A DNA stretch of 64,000 bases from Obrimoposthia wandeli (lineage: Eukaryota). Below, piece after piece: positions 39,518 to 49,862 of the stretch. The stretch covers positions 1-64,000 of the forward strand of contig CDROCS010006454.1 of NCBI GenBank assembly GCA_977020255.1, read 5' to 3'. How positions within the stretch are numbered: the stretch's first letter is position 1; every line of letters begins with the position of its first letter. The notes beneath the pieces are model-generated. The model saw only the letters and a list, made by a program, of their open reading frames with translations, searched no databases and was not told the DNA's origin. A program made the position numbers and the translations under genes.

Positions 39518-42500
39518 TTTTATCTGATCTATCGGTAAAGCGTCCGGTTTTTGCCACGGTAATAAATTTGCTATTAATCACCTTTGGTATTGTCGCCTTT
39601 TTAACCTTACCGCTACGTGAATATCCTGATATTGATCCGCCAGTGGTTAGCATTAATACCTCATATCCTGGTGCATCAGCCGCCATAGTGGAAAGTAAAG
39701 TCACACAGCTACTAGAGGATAGAATTAGCGGTATTGAAGGGGTTAAGTTTATCAACTCGAACAGTCGTGTTGGTCGCTCAAGTATCTCGATTGAATTTGA
39801 ATTGGACCGTGACATTGATGCGGCGACAAATGATGTACGAGACAGAGTTTCACGCGCCTTAAATAACTTACCTGAGCAAGCAGATCCGCCTGAAGTTTTT
39901 AAAGCTAATGATGACGAAGACGCCATTGTTTGGTTTGTTTTACAAAGTGACACCATGAGTAGCTTACAGCTAACCGACTATGCGGAACGCTATATTGTTG
40001 ACCGATTCTCTGTCGTTGATGGCGTAGCACGTGTACGAGTTGGCGGCGGTAGAACTTATGCGATGAACGTACTGCTTAATCGAAAAGCGATGGCGGCAAG
40101 AGGCGTTACCGTTAATGATATCGAGCAGACCTTGCGAGCAGAAAACGTTGAACTACCTGCCGGTAAAGTTGAATCAATTGACCGAGATTTTTCAATTCGT
40201 GTCGAACGCAGTTATTTAACGGTTGATGATTTTGCCACTATGGTCATCGCGCGTAATAATGACAAATCATTGGTTTACCTTGGTGATGTTGCAAAAATTG
40301 GTCTGTCAGCTGAAGACGAAGAAAACTTGTTTCGCGGCAATGGCAAGAACATGGTTGGTTTAGGAATTATTAAGCAATCAAAAGCTAATACGCTAGAAGT
40401 GGTAAAATCAGCCCGAAAAGAAATGATGTTAATTCGAGACGGTTTACCCCAAGGCACATCGATTACCAATAGCTATGACTCCTCAGTATTCATTCAAGGC
40501 TCAATTGATGAGGTTTACAGCACATTAGGTGTTGCCATGTTGATGGTAGTATTGGTGATATTTCTATTCTTAGGCAATGTTAGAGCAACGCTTATTCCCG
40601 CCGTTACTGTACCCGTGGCCTTAATTGGTTCGATGATGGTACTGTCATGGTTTGGTTTCTCGATAAACTTATTAACATTGCTAGCGTTAGTGTTAGCCAT
40701 TGGCTTAGTGGTTGATGACGCTATTGTGGTACTCGAAAATATTTATCGGCGTATTGAAAACGGGCAAACCCCCTTACTTGCTGCCTATGAAGGTGGACGA
40801 GAAGTTGCTTTTGCCGTTATCGCCACTACCTTGGTTTTAGTTGCCGTTTTCGTGCCGTTGATTTTCTTATCAGGTAACGTGGGGCGATTATTCACCGAAT
40901 TTGCTATCGCTATTGCCGCTGCTGTTATTTTTTCAAGTCTTACCGCTTTATCATTAACGCCGATGATGTGTTCAAAAATGTTAAAGCATAAAGAGCGTAG
41001 CTCATCTTTTGGTCAAAAGTTAGATAAAGGTTTTGCTAAGCTTGAGTCGGCTTATGCTGGCGCCTTGAAAAGCAGTGTTCATCAACCAATGATGATATTT
41101 TTTGTCATTATTTTATCATTATTTGCTGTTTACACCTTGTTCAACGACTTGCCTGCTGAATACACCCCTAAAGAAGACCGAGGAAATTTCTTTGTCATGA
41201 TGCGTGGTGCAGAAGGGGCGAGTTATGAAAATAACGTTAAAAACATGCAGCAAATCGAAGAAAAGTTAATGGTGCATCAAGATAATGGCGAACTCGACCG
41301 TGTACTTGTGCGGGTTCCTGGCTTTGGTGGTTCTGGCGGCATTGCGATTGTTGGCATGCCTGCTTGGGATGAACGTAAAGTTGAGACCTTTGATTTTATT
41401 AATAAAATGAATGGCGAATTAGCAGAAATTACCGATGTTAGAGCGTTTGCCATGATGCGCCGAGGTTTAGGTGGGGGTGGTTCTTCATCGCCGGTTTCTT
41501 TTGTTTTACAGGGTAATACCTATGAAGAGCTTGCTAAATGGCGTGACATTATTATTGCTAAAGCGCAAGAAAACCCTAAATTACATAGTATTGATAGTGA
41601 TTACAAAGAAACTTACCCGCAATTATTAGTGAAAATAGATCACACTAGAGCGTTCGATTTAGGCGTTTCTGTTGGTGATATCGGTCGTACGCTTGAAACC
41701 ATGTTAGGGCAACGTCGAGTGACTAATTTTGTTGAACGTGGTGAAGAATATTATGTGGTAGTACGTGGTGAAAAAACAGATTTTTCAAACCCGAAAGATA
41801 TCGACAATATTTTTGTTCGTTCTACGGTGAGTGATAAATTGATCCCGCTATCAAACTTGATCACTATTGAAGAGAATGCCACGTCATCACGATTGAATCG
41901 TTTCAATCGCTTACGTAGTGTCACTATCAGCGCTAGTTTAGCGACAGGCTATGCCTTGGGTGATGCTTTAGACTATTTAAATACAGCCGTGGCTGAAAAC
42001 TTGCCTGAAGAAACGCAAGTTGCCTATAAAGGTCAGTCACAATTATTACAAGAGTCGGGTAGCTCTATTGCGTTCATTTTTGCTTTAGCGCTGGTGATTA
42101 CCTATTTAGTGATGGCGGCTCAATTTGAGAGCTTTATTCATCCCTTTGTTATCATGTTGACGGTGCCCTTAGCTTTAGTTGGCGCGTTGGCTGGTCTTAA
42201 GTTAATGGGGATGAGCCTCAATATTTATAGCCAAATCGGTATTGTCATGCTGATTGGTTTAGCGGCAAAAAATGGTATTTTAATTGTTGAATTTGCTAAC
42301 CAACTACGTGATAAAGGTATTGCTTTTGAAGAAGCCTTAATTGCTGCCGCTACCCAACGTTTAAGACCAATAGTGATGACCACGTTTACGACCGTAACAA
42401 GTGCTATTCCGTTGGTTCTTGCTGTTGGCCCTGGCGCTGAAAGTAGAATGGTTATCGGAGTGGTGATCTTTGCCGGTGTATCGTTAGCCAGTATTTTTAC

Positions 42501-42615
42501 CTTATTCGTGGTACCCGGTGCTTATTATTGGTTGTGTCGAAATACAGGCTCGCCACAAGTTATTACTCAAGAAATTGAGCGACAACAGGCGGAAGCCGCA
42601 ATAACTAAAAGCTAG
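39514..42615 (+). CDS. RND efflux permease (AcrB/AcrD/AcrF family)
   Basis: LSVKRPVFA, REYPDIDPP, AIGLVVDDAIVVLEN, GLAAKNGILIVEFA, RLRPIVMTT. Confidence 0.95.
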   Translation: MILSDLSVKRPVFATVINLLLITFGIVAFLTLPLREYPDIDPPVVSINTSYPGASAAIVESKVTQLLEDRISGIEGVKFINSNSRVGRSSISIEFELDRDIDAATNDVRDRVSRALNNLPEQADPPEVFKANDDEDAIVWFVLQSDTMSSLQLTDYAERYIVDRFSVVDGVARVRVGGGRTYAMNVLLNRKAMAARGVTVNDIEQTLRAENVELPAGKVESIDRDFSIRVERSYLTVDDFATMVIARNNDKSLVYLGDVAKIGLSAEDEENLFRGNGKNMVGLGIIKQSKANTLEVVKSARKEMMLIRDGLPQGTSITNSYDSSVFIQGSIDEVYSTLGVAMLMVVLVIFLFLGNVRATLIPAVTVPVALIGSMMVLSWFGFSINLLTLLALVLAIGLVVDDAIVVLENIYRRIENGQTPLLAAYEGGREVAFAVIATTLVLVAVFVPLIFLSGNVGRLFTEFAIAIAAAVIFSSLTALSLTPMMCSKMLKHKERSSSFGQKLDKGFAKLESAYAGALKSSVHQPMMIFFVIILSLFAVYTLFNDLPAEYTPKEDRGNFFVMMRGAEGASYENNVKNMQQIEEKLMVHQDNGELDRVLVRVPGFGGSGGIAIVGMPAWDERKVETFDFINKMNGELAEITDVRAFAMMRRGLGGGGSSSPVSFVLQGNTYEELAKWRDIIIAKAQENPKLHSIDSDYKETYPQLLVKIDHTRAFDLGVSVGDIGRTLETMLGQRRVTNFVERGEEYYVVVRGEKTDFSNPKDIDNIFVRSTVSDKLIPLSNLITIEENATSSRLNRFNRLRSVTISASLATGYALGDALDYLNTAVAENLPEETQVAYKGQSQLLQESGSSIAFIFALALVITYLVMAAQFESFIHPFVIMLTVPLALVGALAGLKLMGMSLNIYSQIGIVMLIGLAAKNGILIVEFANQLRDKGIAFEEALIAAATQRLRPIVMTTFTTVTSAIPLVLAVGPGAESRMVIGVVIFAGVSLASIFTLFVVPGAYYWLCRNTGSPQVITQEIERQQAEAAITKS

Positions 42616-42671
42616 TGAAAGCTTGTGTAAATCTAGTTATTCATACGAGTTAATGTGCATGAGTAGTATTG

Positions 42672-42709
42672 AAAAAGCCGATATAAACAGTGTTTATATC
42701 GGCTTTTTT
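42672..42709 (+). terminator. Terminator after the RND operon
   Basis: AAAAAGCCGATATAAAC-AGT-GTTTATATCGGCTTTTTT. Confidence 0.85.
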
Positions 42710-42802
42710 ATTTCAACCTTATTTCTTTGTTTGTACGAAATAACAACAGCTTGATTAAAAAATGAACTTGCGTTATAAAAGAAGGAAATAATAACAATAA
42801 GT

Positions 42803-43231
42803 TTGATAAATACTATGTTTAACGTCAACAAAAAACTATGGTCGTTCAATTTTGGTTGTTTAATCGCAGGTTCATTGGTTTGGCTTGTTCATATTGGCAA
42901 CTTAGCCCCAGTGCCAAGCATGCTCCATCCTCATACTGACTTTATTCTTGATTATTATCCCGGTTTAGTCACTGCTATTACCGCGATCTTAGCCAGTTTT
43001 ATCTTGCTGACCTTAATGCGTAAATGTTTTAAATTATGCGCTAGTGAACATACCTTTTGGTTATTATTACCGACCTTTTGCTTTGTTGCATTAACATTGT
43101 CAATTGGTCCATTTTTGTTTTTAACTATTTTATATGCGGCTATTCCAGTGCTCTCCATCCTGCTTGTCAGTGCGATTATTTTTCGCTTGAAAGCTCAAAA
43201 ATCTGTGCTAAGCAAAAGCTTTATAAAATAA
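42803..43231 (+). CDS. Hypothetical 4-TM membrane protein (ATG at 42815 is the likely start)
   Basis: Hydrophobic 138-142 aa ORF, GAAGGA upstream. Confidence 0.65.
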   Translation: MINTMFNVNKKLWSFNFGCLIAGSLVWLVHIGNLAPVPSMLHPHTDFILDYYPGLVTAITAILASFILLTLMRKCFKLCASEHTFWLLLPTFCFVALTLSIGPFLFLTILYAAIPVLSILLVSAIIFRLKAQKSVLSKSFIK

Positions 43232-43335
43232 AGCCGGTGTGATCAGTAAATGATGATCTGAAATAAGGCAAAGGGGAAATGAATTTGTTCTACTGAGCAG
43301 ATAATGTTTCATCTCCAATATGGACTTCAATTGAT

Positions 43336-43794
43336 ATGAGCAAAGCGACCAAAATTATTTTACTGACATTAGCGTGTTTCTTTTTATTTGTTGGTATTAA
43401 AAGTGCTATCGATACCAAACCCTATGCTGAAATGACCGATATAAAAACCTTCGAGGGTATGATTTTTAAATTACACTGTCCGCATAAAGGAGCTGCCGCG
43501 TTGTCGTTAGAAAACTCAGCATTAACGTTTAATCTCAGTGTTAAATTTCGTGCTGATTATTGTAGTGGCAGCGATTCACAAGCGTTACTAGGTCAACATG
43601 TCAGTTTGAAAGCGCGTCAGGTTAATGGTGAGTTTTATCAAGTTTACGAAATTAAAACACCTGAGCAGATTATTTTAAGCTCAGAAGAAATTGAAGCCGA
43701 TCAAGGAAGCTCTACTTTTGGCATGTTCTTGTTAGCGTTCTTGTTATTTGCTTTGGTTATTTATAAAAGCAGAAAAAGTAAATCATTAACTTAG
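43336..43794 (+). CDS. Hypothetical protein with N- and C-terminal TM helices and a Cys-containing periplasmic domain
   Basis: 152-aa ORF, LHCP...ADYCSG. Confidence 0.65.
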   Translation: MSKATKIILLTLACFFLFVGIKSAIDTKPYAEMTDIKTFEGMIFKLHCPHKGAAALSLENSALTFNLSVKFRADYCSGSDSQALLGQHVSLKARQVNGEFYQVYEIKTPEQIILSSEEIEADQGSSTFGMFLLAFLLFALVIYKSRKSKSLT

Positions 43795-43911
43795 TAGCGG
43801 GCAATAACGTCAAACGTACAGGTTTATGCTTTAGGTATTAAGGTTACGCGTTAACCATTAAAGGGTTAAGTGACTAAGCATTATAGTGCTTAGTCACAAG
43901 TTGGCAGTCGT

Positions 43912-45090
43912 TTATTGTAAAGCGCTGCTAGGCACATTGGTTGGACTGATGTGTTCGATAGGGTAGCAACCTAATATTTTAATAAAATTCGTTTGTTCTG
44001 TAATTTCGCTGATCGCTTCTTGCAAAGCTAAATGCTTTAAATTTGCTTCAACATCGACATAAAACATTTCTTCCCAAGGTCGGCCTTGAATAGGGCGCGA
44101 CTCAAGTTTACACATGTTAATACCTTTGTTTTTCAAGACCACAAGGCACTCAACTAGAGCGCCAGGTTTTTGTCCTGTTGCAATAATTAGTGTGGTTTTA
44201 GCAGGTATCTGCTCTGCTACATCGATAGGTTTACGGGCGACTAAAATGAAGCGACTGTGGTTTTCAGCTTGATTAGCAATTGATTTTTCTAGCGCTTGCA
44301 GTTGATATAAGTTACCGCCTTCTTCGCTGCCGATAACAGCGACACTGTCATCTTGTAACTGATAAACCTTCGCCATGGCATCAGCGGTACTTTCGCAGTA
44401 TTCAATGCGAATATCACTTTGTTTATCAAGAAAATTACTACATTGCGCGAAAGGTTGGCCGTGAGCATAAATTGTTTTAATTTTATTTAATTGGCTGTTT
44501 ACTGCGGTCAGTAGGCAGTGCTCGATCGGTTGGGTTATTTCACCCACAATCGACAAATTAGTGTGTTGTAGTACGTCATAAACTTCATTAATACTGCCTG
44601 AGCTGGTGTTTTCTATCGGCAGCATACCGTAGTCAACCATCCCCGATTCAACTTGCTGCATAATCTCGGCAAAACTTTGGCAACCGTGTTCGATAATTTT
44701 TGCTGCACGACGAGAGAAGTAGCGATGGCTAGCCAAATAGCTGTACGAGCCCTTGTCACCCAAGAATGCGACGCTAACTGCTGGCTCTTGTATATTGGGG
44801 TTGGCTAACGTTTGTAGGTAAGCTTGTTGATTTAGCACTGAATCTTCAATAATGGTTTGAAAAATACTGGTGACGTAATGGGCATCTAGTCCTAGTTTTT
44901 TACCTTCGGTAATTAAACGAATTAATAGCTCTTGCTCACGCTGTTGATCGCGCACGGGACGAATTTGATGAGCTTTGCTTTTCGCAACATTTAAGGTCAG
45001 GGCGCGGCGTTCAGCAAATAAGGTAAGTAACTGCTGATCGAGGTGGGTAATTTTTTCACGTATTTTATTTAAGTCTAATGCTTCGTTCAC
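43912..45090 (-). CDS. pheA: Bifunctional chorismate mutase/prephenate dehydratase
   Basis: RDQQREQELL, AFLGDKGSYS, LPIENTSSGSI, NHSRF, KLESRP, EEMFYVD. Confidence 0.96.
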   Translation of the reverse strand: MNEALDLNKIREKITHLDQQLLTLFAERRALTLNVAKSKAHQIRPVRDQQREQELLIRLITEGKKLGLDAHYVTSIFQTIIEDSVLNQQAYLQTLANPNIQEPAVSVAFLGDKGSYSYLASHRYFSRRAAKIIEHGCQSFAEIMQQVESGMVDYGMLPIENTSSGSINEVYDVLQHTNLSIVGEITQPIEHCLLTAVNSQLNKIKTIYAHGQPFAQCSNFLDKQSDIRIEYCESTADAMAKVYQLQDDSVAVIGSEEGGNLYQLQALEKSIANQAENHSRFILVARKPIDVAEQIPAKTTLIIATGQKPGALVECLVVLKNKGINMCKLESRPIQGRPWEEMFYVDVEANLKHLALQEAISEITEQTNFIKILGCYPIEHISPTNVPSSALQ

Positions 45091-45164
45091 CGCGTATTCC
45101 TACTATGTTGATGTGAGTTAATGTTGCTGTTAATGGTGCTATTTATCTTGCTGTTCTAAAAACT

Positions 45165-45190
45165 AAAAAACCTCCAGTAGGAGGTTTTTT
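45165..45190 (-). terminator. pheA attenuator terminator
   Basis: AAAAAACCTCC-TACT-GGAGGTTTTTT on minus, between the leader peptide and pheA. Confidence 0.85.
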
Positions 45191-45215
45191 ATAAATGCCA
45201 AAACCCAAAGCCCGC

Positions 45216-45266
45216 TCAGATAACTGAGAGAAAGAAAGCGTTAAAGAAAAAGTTAGATTTTGTCAT
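45216..45266 (-). CDS. pheL: Phe leader peptide (MTKSNFFFNAFFLSVI)
   Basis: 16 codons with 5 Phe, directly upstream of the attenuator and pheA; alternative start at 45272. Confidence 0.88.
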   Translation of the reverse strand: MTKSNFFFNAFFLSVI

Positions 45267-45376
45267 TTGCATAGCTTTACTGTATCTACCCTGTAGCAAT
45301 AGTTCAACCGTTTCTTTATGCCTATTTATATATAAAAAAGAGAAAAGGCTTAAAAGCGAGCAGCTAAGAATGTGAT

Positions 45377-45760
45377 CTACAGACAAAGAAAAATAATGGC
45401 TAAAGCGCTGATGATACCAACGGCCCAGATTAATGAGCGAATAGTGGCGATATCCATTAAGTAAGCAATATTATAAAGTACTCTTGCGACAACATGGGTA
45501 ATGGCAAGTTGCTCAATAATAATCCCGGTGTTTTTTGTTGCTATGGCTAATAATACGGCTGGCGCAAAAACAATAAAGGATTCAAAGGCATTTTGATGAG
45601 CCGCTAATGCTCGAGCACCAAAACCTGTTAGTTCGGTTTGCTGTGCGCGAGGATGGTTATTATTGTAGCGCCCCAGTTTATGCATGGCGATCGCCACCGG
45701 TATTTTCGCAATAATAGGTAAAATTGCCGCGATAAATAAACAAATGATCAAAGTGGTCAT
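45377..45760 (-). CDS. MAPEG-family membrane protein
   Basis: YNNNHPRAQ, GFGARALAAHQNAFE, ARVLY..AY. Confidence 0.9.
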   Translation of the reverse strand: MTTLIICLFIAAILPIIAKIPVAIAMHKLGRYNNNHPRAQQTELTGFGARALAAHQNAFESFIVFAPAVLLAIATKNTGIIIEQLAITHVVARVLYNIAYLMDIATIRSLIWAVGIISALAIIFLCL

Positions 45761-45771
45761 TATAATTCCTC

Positions 45772-45811
45772 GTTGTTTTTAGTTGTTTTTAGTTGTTTTT
45801 AGTTGTTTTTA
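45772..45811 (-). repeat. 10-bp VNTR (TAAAAACAAC)x4 abutting the MAPEG RBS
   Basis: GTTGTTTTTA x4 on plus; on minus it is followed immediately by GAGGAATTATA-ATG. Confidence 0.95.
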
Positions 45812-45826
45812 ATAAAAGCTAATTTC

Positions 45827-48283
45827 TTAATAATTCAGTAGTATCAGTTTATAAACACTGGGACCTGGTAGAAAGCTTGAAGCGGTGCCACTTACCCAGT
45901 TTTCATGTCCAACACCATAATACGGGCTCCACGGGTGGCCTGATTGACTTGTCGGCATATGAAAAATCCCACGCTCTTCATGACCAGGAGACACCACCAT
46001 ACGCTGTGACGCACCAAATGATTTACCTTGTACTCTTGGCATATAACTATCTCCAGGCAAGGCGACTGCAGGCATATCAAGCCAGCGACCAATAAAGGGT
46101 ACCGCATTACTTAAAGGGTGCTGAATTGTACTGATATTTTCCTGACCCCAGGTTGCCTTTGCTAGCGTTGTTGACTCTGTCATTTGTGCTAATGTTTTAT
46201 CTAAACTTGCTTCGAATAACGCTGGCCAGCTGTCATGACTTCGCCACAGAAAGTTCTCTGGTTGTTGATTGACCAACTGCCATAGTGGGGCTTCTATTTG
46301 GTGACGTATCGTATTAAAGCTATAGCTGTGGTCGATATTAGTCATATTTTCATTGAAAATATCGAAAACTTGCGCTCTGGTGTTTAATCGAAAATTTCTT
46401 ACCAAGCGATAAGCAACAGAGTCGGTACTTGCCGCTAGGTTTTTAACGCTAATGATTTTTTTAACTTCTTGCCAGCTGCTATGTTTAACCAGCATTTCAT
46501 CGGTTAGGACTTTCGATAAGAGAAATTCTTGCCAGCGTAACAGGAACAAAGCGCGATCATCGAGAGCGACATCAAGCAAAGCTTGTTCATCGAAAGATGC
46601 TTTAGCGTTGAGGTTCTGTTTTATTTGCGATGATCTTGCGCCTAACGCATAACCGCCATTACCGACTTTCTCCAACATTTCGCCACCAACAACACGTGAA
46701 TTTGCTGTCCATAAACGAGAATTTTCTGGGTTAATAACTTTCGGATAATCTTGAGGAGGCAATAGCCCTAACCACTTATGTTTACCATCGGCCCAAGAGG
46801 TAGGTATTGCTCCAAACGTTGCACTACGCTGTGGTATGGGGCCCATAATTGTCCAGCCGATATTGCCGGCCTTGTCGCCAACCATTAAGTTTTGTGCTGG
46901 CATACCGGCCCGTGCAGCAATTGCCAAAGCTTGCGCTACATTAGTTGTGCTTTCAAATTCAGTAATCGCCATATTAACGGCGGCTTTATCGTGCGCAATC
47001 CAGTGATATACCAATAAGTTGCCTTGAGCATTCTTACCAATAACAGGACCCCAAATAGTATCTATTACCGTGATATTTACCGCTTCTTTATCTTTTACCG
47101 CGATTATTTGTTTACGTTCGATAAAGTCTTGATAGCCATCAGGTGTTAAATATTGGCTTTCATCGGCGTTGGTTTCTAGTACGATTACATCGCTCCAGTC
47201 ACCATAGCTATTAGTGAAACCCCATGCAATGTGGCCATTACTACCAATAATTATATTAGGCGTACCGGGTAATGTCGCTCCCGTGACTTTGACTGGGCTA
47301 GCATCAGCATCATTATATTCAAATGATGCTCTAAACCAGGTATTAGGTACACGAATGCCTAAGTGCATATCGTTAGCAACAATCGCGCTGCCTGTTTCGC
47401 TGATTTGACCATTGACAGCCCAGTTATTTGAGCCCGGAAATTCTTCATTTTGAGCTGATTGCTCTCTGGCAAGAACAGCAGGTATTGTGCTCGATAATGG
47501 TGATGCTAATGTTTGCGCTTTGAATAATGCGGCCATATCCTCACTTGACGCTGAAGGCCAAGGTGCTTTAGGTAATGGTGATTCACTAAACTCAGTACCA
47601 TCAATAGCGGCGTCCCATTTACTGCCTTTAGGGTTAAGAAAGGCAAATACTTCAGGGCTTAATACCGAATGTAATAAACCTAACGTGCGTTCACGTTCGC
47701 CATCAGGGTATTGTAAATCGATATACATACTGAGCACGGTTAAAATGGTGTCTTCTTCTCGCCATTCAACCGGCTCTTGGCGTAGTAATAAATATTCAAA
47801 AGGTGGCGCTTTAAGGTATTTTAGCCCTTGATTGACACCACGGGTATAGGCTTTTAATAGGTTTAATTCAGCGCTTGATAGTTGCGCTACTATCGCCATT
47901 GCACGTTCACGAAAACGGTGTCGGCGGATCTCACTGTCATAATCAACTGCTGCTTCACCAAATAAACTGGCGAGTTCTCCTGCTGAGTTTCGGCGTAATA
48001 AATCCATCTGAAAAAAGCGTTCTTGGGCGTGAACGAAACCTGTCGCTACGGCAACGTCTAGGCGATTTTCTGCTTTGATAGTAACAATACCTTGCTTGTC
48101 TCGCTCAACTATTGCGCTAGTAGATAAACCAAAAAGCGTCCGTTTACCGTCTAATTGTGGCAATGCACTGTCAATTTGGCTGTATATCCAAGTCCCTAAA
48201 GTCGCAAGGACTAAAAACAAAACAAACAGCAGGCCGAGTAAGGTACTTTTTAAATATTTCATGAGTTTTGAGTAGAGTGACAA
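45827..48283 (-). CDS. Penicillin acylase family Ntn-hydrolase
   Basis: GFVHAQERFFQMDLLRR, beta-chain start SNNWAV, ANDMHL, GATLPG, AWGFTN, GQS-type GHPWSPYY. Confidence 0.92.
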   Translation of the reverse strand: MSLYSKLMKYLKSTLLGLLFVLFLVLATLGTWIYSQIDSALPQLDGKRTLFGLSTSAIVERDKQGIVTIKAENRLDVAVATGFVHAQERFFQMDLLRRNSAGELASLFGEAAVDYDSEIRRHRFRERAMAIVAQLSSAELNLLKAYTRGVNQGLKYLKAPPFEYLLLRQEPVEWREEDTILTVLSMYIDLQYPDGERERTLGLLHSVLSPEVFAFLNPKGSKWDAAIDGTEFSESPLPKAPWPSASSEDMAALFKAQTLASPLSSTIPAVLAREQSAQNEEFPGSNNWAVNGQISETGSAIVANDMHLGIRVPNTWFRASFEYNDADASPVKVTGATLPGTPNIIIGSNGHIAWGFTNSYGDWSDVIVLETNADESQYLTPDGYQDFIERKQIIAVKDKEAVNITVIDTIWGPVIGKNAQGNLLVYHWIAHDKAAVNMAITEFESTTNVAQALAIAARAGMPAQNLMVGDKAGNIGWTIMGPIPQRSATFGAIPTSWADGKHKWLGLLPPQDYPKVINPENSRLWTANSRVVGGEMLEKVGNGGYALGARSSQIKQNLNAKASFDEQALLDVALDDRALFLLRWQEFLLSKVLTDEMLVKHSSWQEVKKIISVKNLAASTDSVAYRLVRNFRLNTRAQVFDIFNENMTNIDHSYSFNTIRHQIEAPLWQLVNQQPENFLWRSHDSWPALFEASLDKTLAQMTESTTLAKATWGQENISTIQHPLSNAVPFIGRWLDMPAVALPGDSYMPRVQGKSFGASQRMVVSPGHEERGIFHMPTSQSGHPWSPYYGVGHENWVSGTASSFLPGPSVYKLILLNY

Positions 48284-48596
48284 TCGCGATGCATTAGAGT
48301 ACCTGAATATAACGGAAGTTTGAACCGTGATCTAACGAAAATAAATAGTGTAAAATCATGAGGTGATTGGTAAAAAAGTCAACGTACATTTGTAAAGCGA
48401 AAAATGAGTCGTGAACTTGTTATATTCATCGATATATCAGTGTGTTGTGAGCTTGATTTTTGTAGTGTAATACGTTGTTGTGAGTGCGAAATATGAGGTT
48501 GATACCTGATGAAATTTTCTGTGCTTATTATTCAATGTTACACTGAAGTTTATTTATCTTTGAGCAGGCTAAAATGATGTTAGCTATTAAGTTGCA

Positions 48597-49241
48597 ATGA
48601 CAGTAACAACGGCTGTAAATGATTCGTTTGCCATTATAGTTTTGGCCGCTGGGCAATCGTCTCGCTTGGGTCAGATGAAGCAATTAATAACAGTGCAAGA
48701 AAAAAGCTTACTTGAGGTTAGACTAACGCAAGCGTTAGAGCTAACTTCTCAAGTGTACTGCGTATTGGGCTTTAACGCTGAGCTGTTGCAAACACATATT
48801 GAGCATTTACCGGTCAATATCATTATCAACCAGCAGTGGTCTTCTGGCATGGCAACATCGATTGCTGGTGGCGTTAAAGCGTTAAGTTCTGACATTAAAG
48901 CGGTGATGATCGTGTTAGTTGATCAATGGCAATTAACGGCCACTGATTTATTTACCATTGAAAGCTGTTGGCAAAATAATCCTCATGCTATCGTTGTTGC
49001 ACACGCACTAGCAACTAATGCTTTAGGCGGAAAAGAAAAAGTTGGTCCGCCGGTCATATTCCCACAAGGTTACTTTTCAGAGTTGACGCAGTTGTCAGGA
49101 GAAGAAGGCGCAAAGCCATTATTAAAAAAATATCAAAAAATGCTAGTAAAAGTCGAATTAGCTCATGCCTTTATTGATGTTGATACACCTGAGCAATTAA
49201 CAGAAATGAATAAAATACTCAGTGCTGATTTGAGCCGATAA
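48597..49241 (+). CDS. Molybdenum cofactor nucleotidyltransferase family (MocA-like)
   Basis: VLAAGQSSRLGQMKQL, GMATSI, LVDQ, GEEGAK, DVDTPE; adjacent to a molybdoenzyme. Confidence 0.85.
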   Translation: MTVTTAVNDSFAIIVLAAGQSSRLGQMKQLITVQEKSLLEVRLTQALELTSQVYCVLGFNAELLQTHIEHLPVNIIINQQWSSGMATSIAGGVKALSSDIKAVMIVLVDQWQLTATDLFTIESCWQNNPHAIVVAHALATNALGGKEKVGPPVIFPQGYFSELTQLSGEEGAKPLLKKYQKMLVKVELAHAFIDVDTPEQLTEMNKILSADLSR

Positions 49242-49389
49242 TTTGTCATGTAATGATTGGTTTATGTCTCAACTATATGGTTTTAAATGTTTAAATTACA
49301 GTAAGAAATATTAAAACTATTTTAAATGAAATTATATTTAGTCTATTTATTAAGTCCCTATTTACATAAACACAGAAGGAAGCTATCGC

Positions 49390-49860
49390 ATGATCACCTT
49401 AAACGTCAATGGTAAAGAACACCAATTTAATGATGACGGTAATATGCCATTGTTATGGGCATTGAGAGATGTTTTAAAATATACCGGCACTAAATATGGT
49501 TGCGGTAAAGGATTATGCGGAGCATGCACTGTGCATGTTGATGGCCAAGCTATTCGCTCATGTGTCACGCCAGTAGCGGCGATTGCTCAGCAAAAAGTCA
49601 CCACAGTTGAAGGACTCTCTGAAACCGGTGATCATCCAGTTCAGCAAGCATGGCAAGATTTAAATGTGCCGCAGTGTGGTTATTGCCAACCCGGACAAAT
49701 GATGTCAGCGGCTGCGTTGTTAAAGCGTAATAAAAAACCTAACGATCAAGATATTGAACTTGCCATGAGTGGTAATATTTGTCGCTGTGGTACCTACCAA
49801 CGTATTAAACAAGCGATCCATTTAGCTGCGGATCTTGCCACTGAAGTGAAGGGGAGCTAA
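49390..49860 (+). CDS. (2Fe-2S)-binding small subunit of an isoquinoline/aldehyde oxidoreductase
   Basis: [32 protein letters not shown]. Confidence 0.93.
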   Translation: MITLNVNGKEHQFNDDGNMPLLWALRDVLKYTGTKYGCGKGLCGACTVHVDGQAIRSCVTPVAAIAQQKVTTVEGLSETGDHPVQQAWQDLNVPQCGYCQPGQMMSAAALLKRNKKPNDQDIELAMSGNICRCGTYQRIKQAIHLAADLATEVKGS

Positions 49861-49862
49861 CC

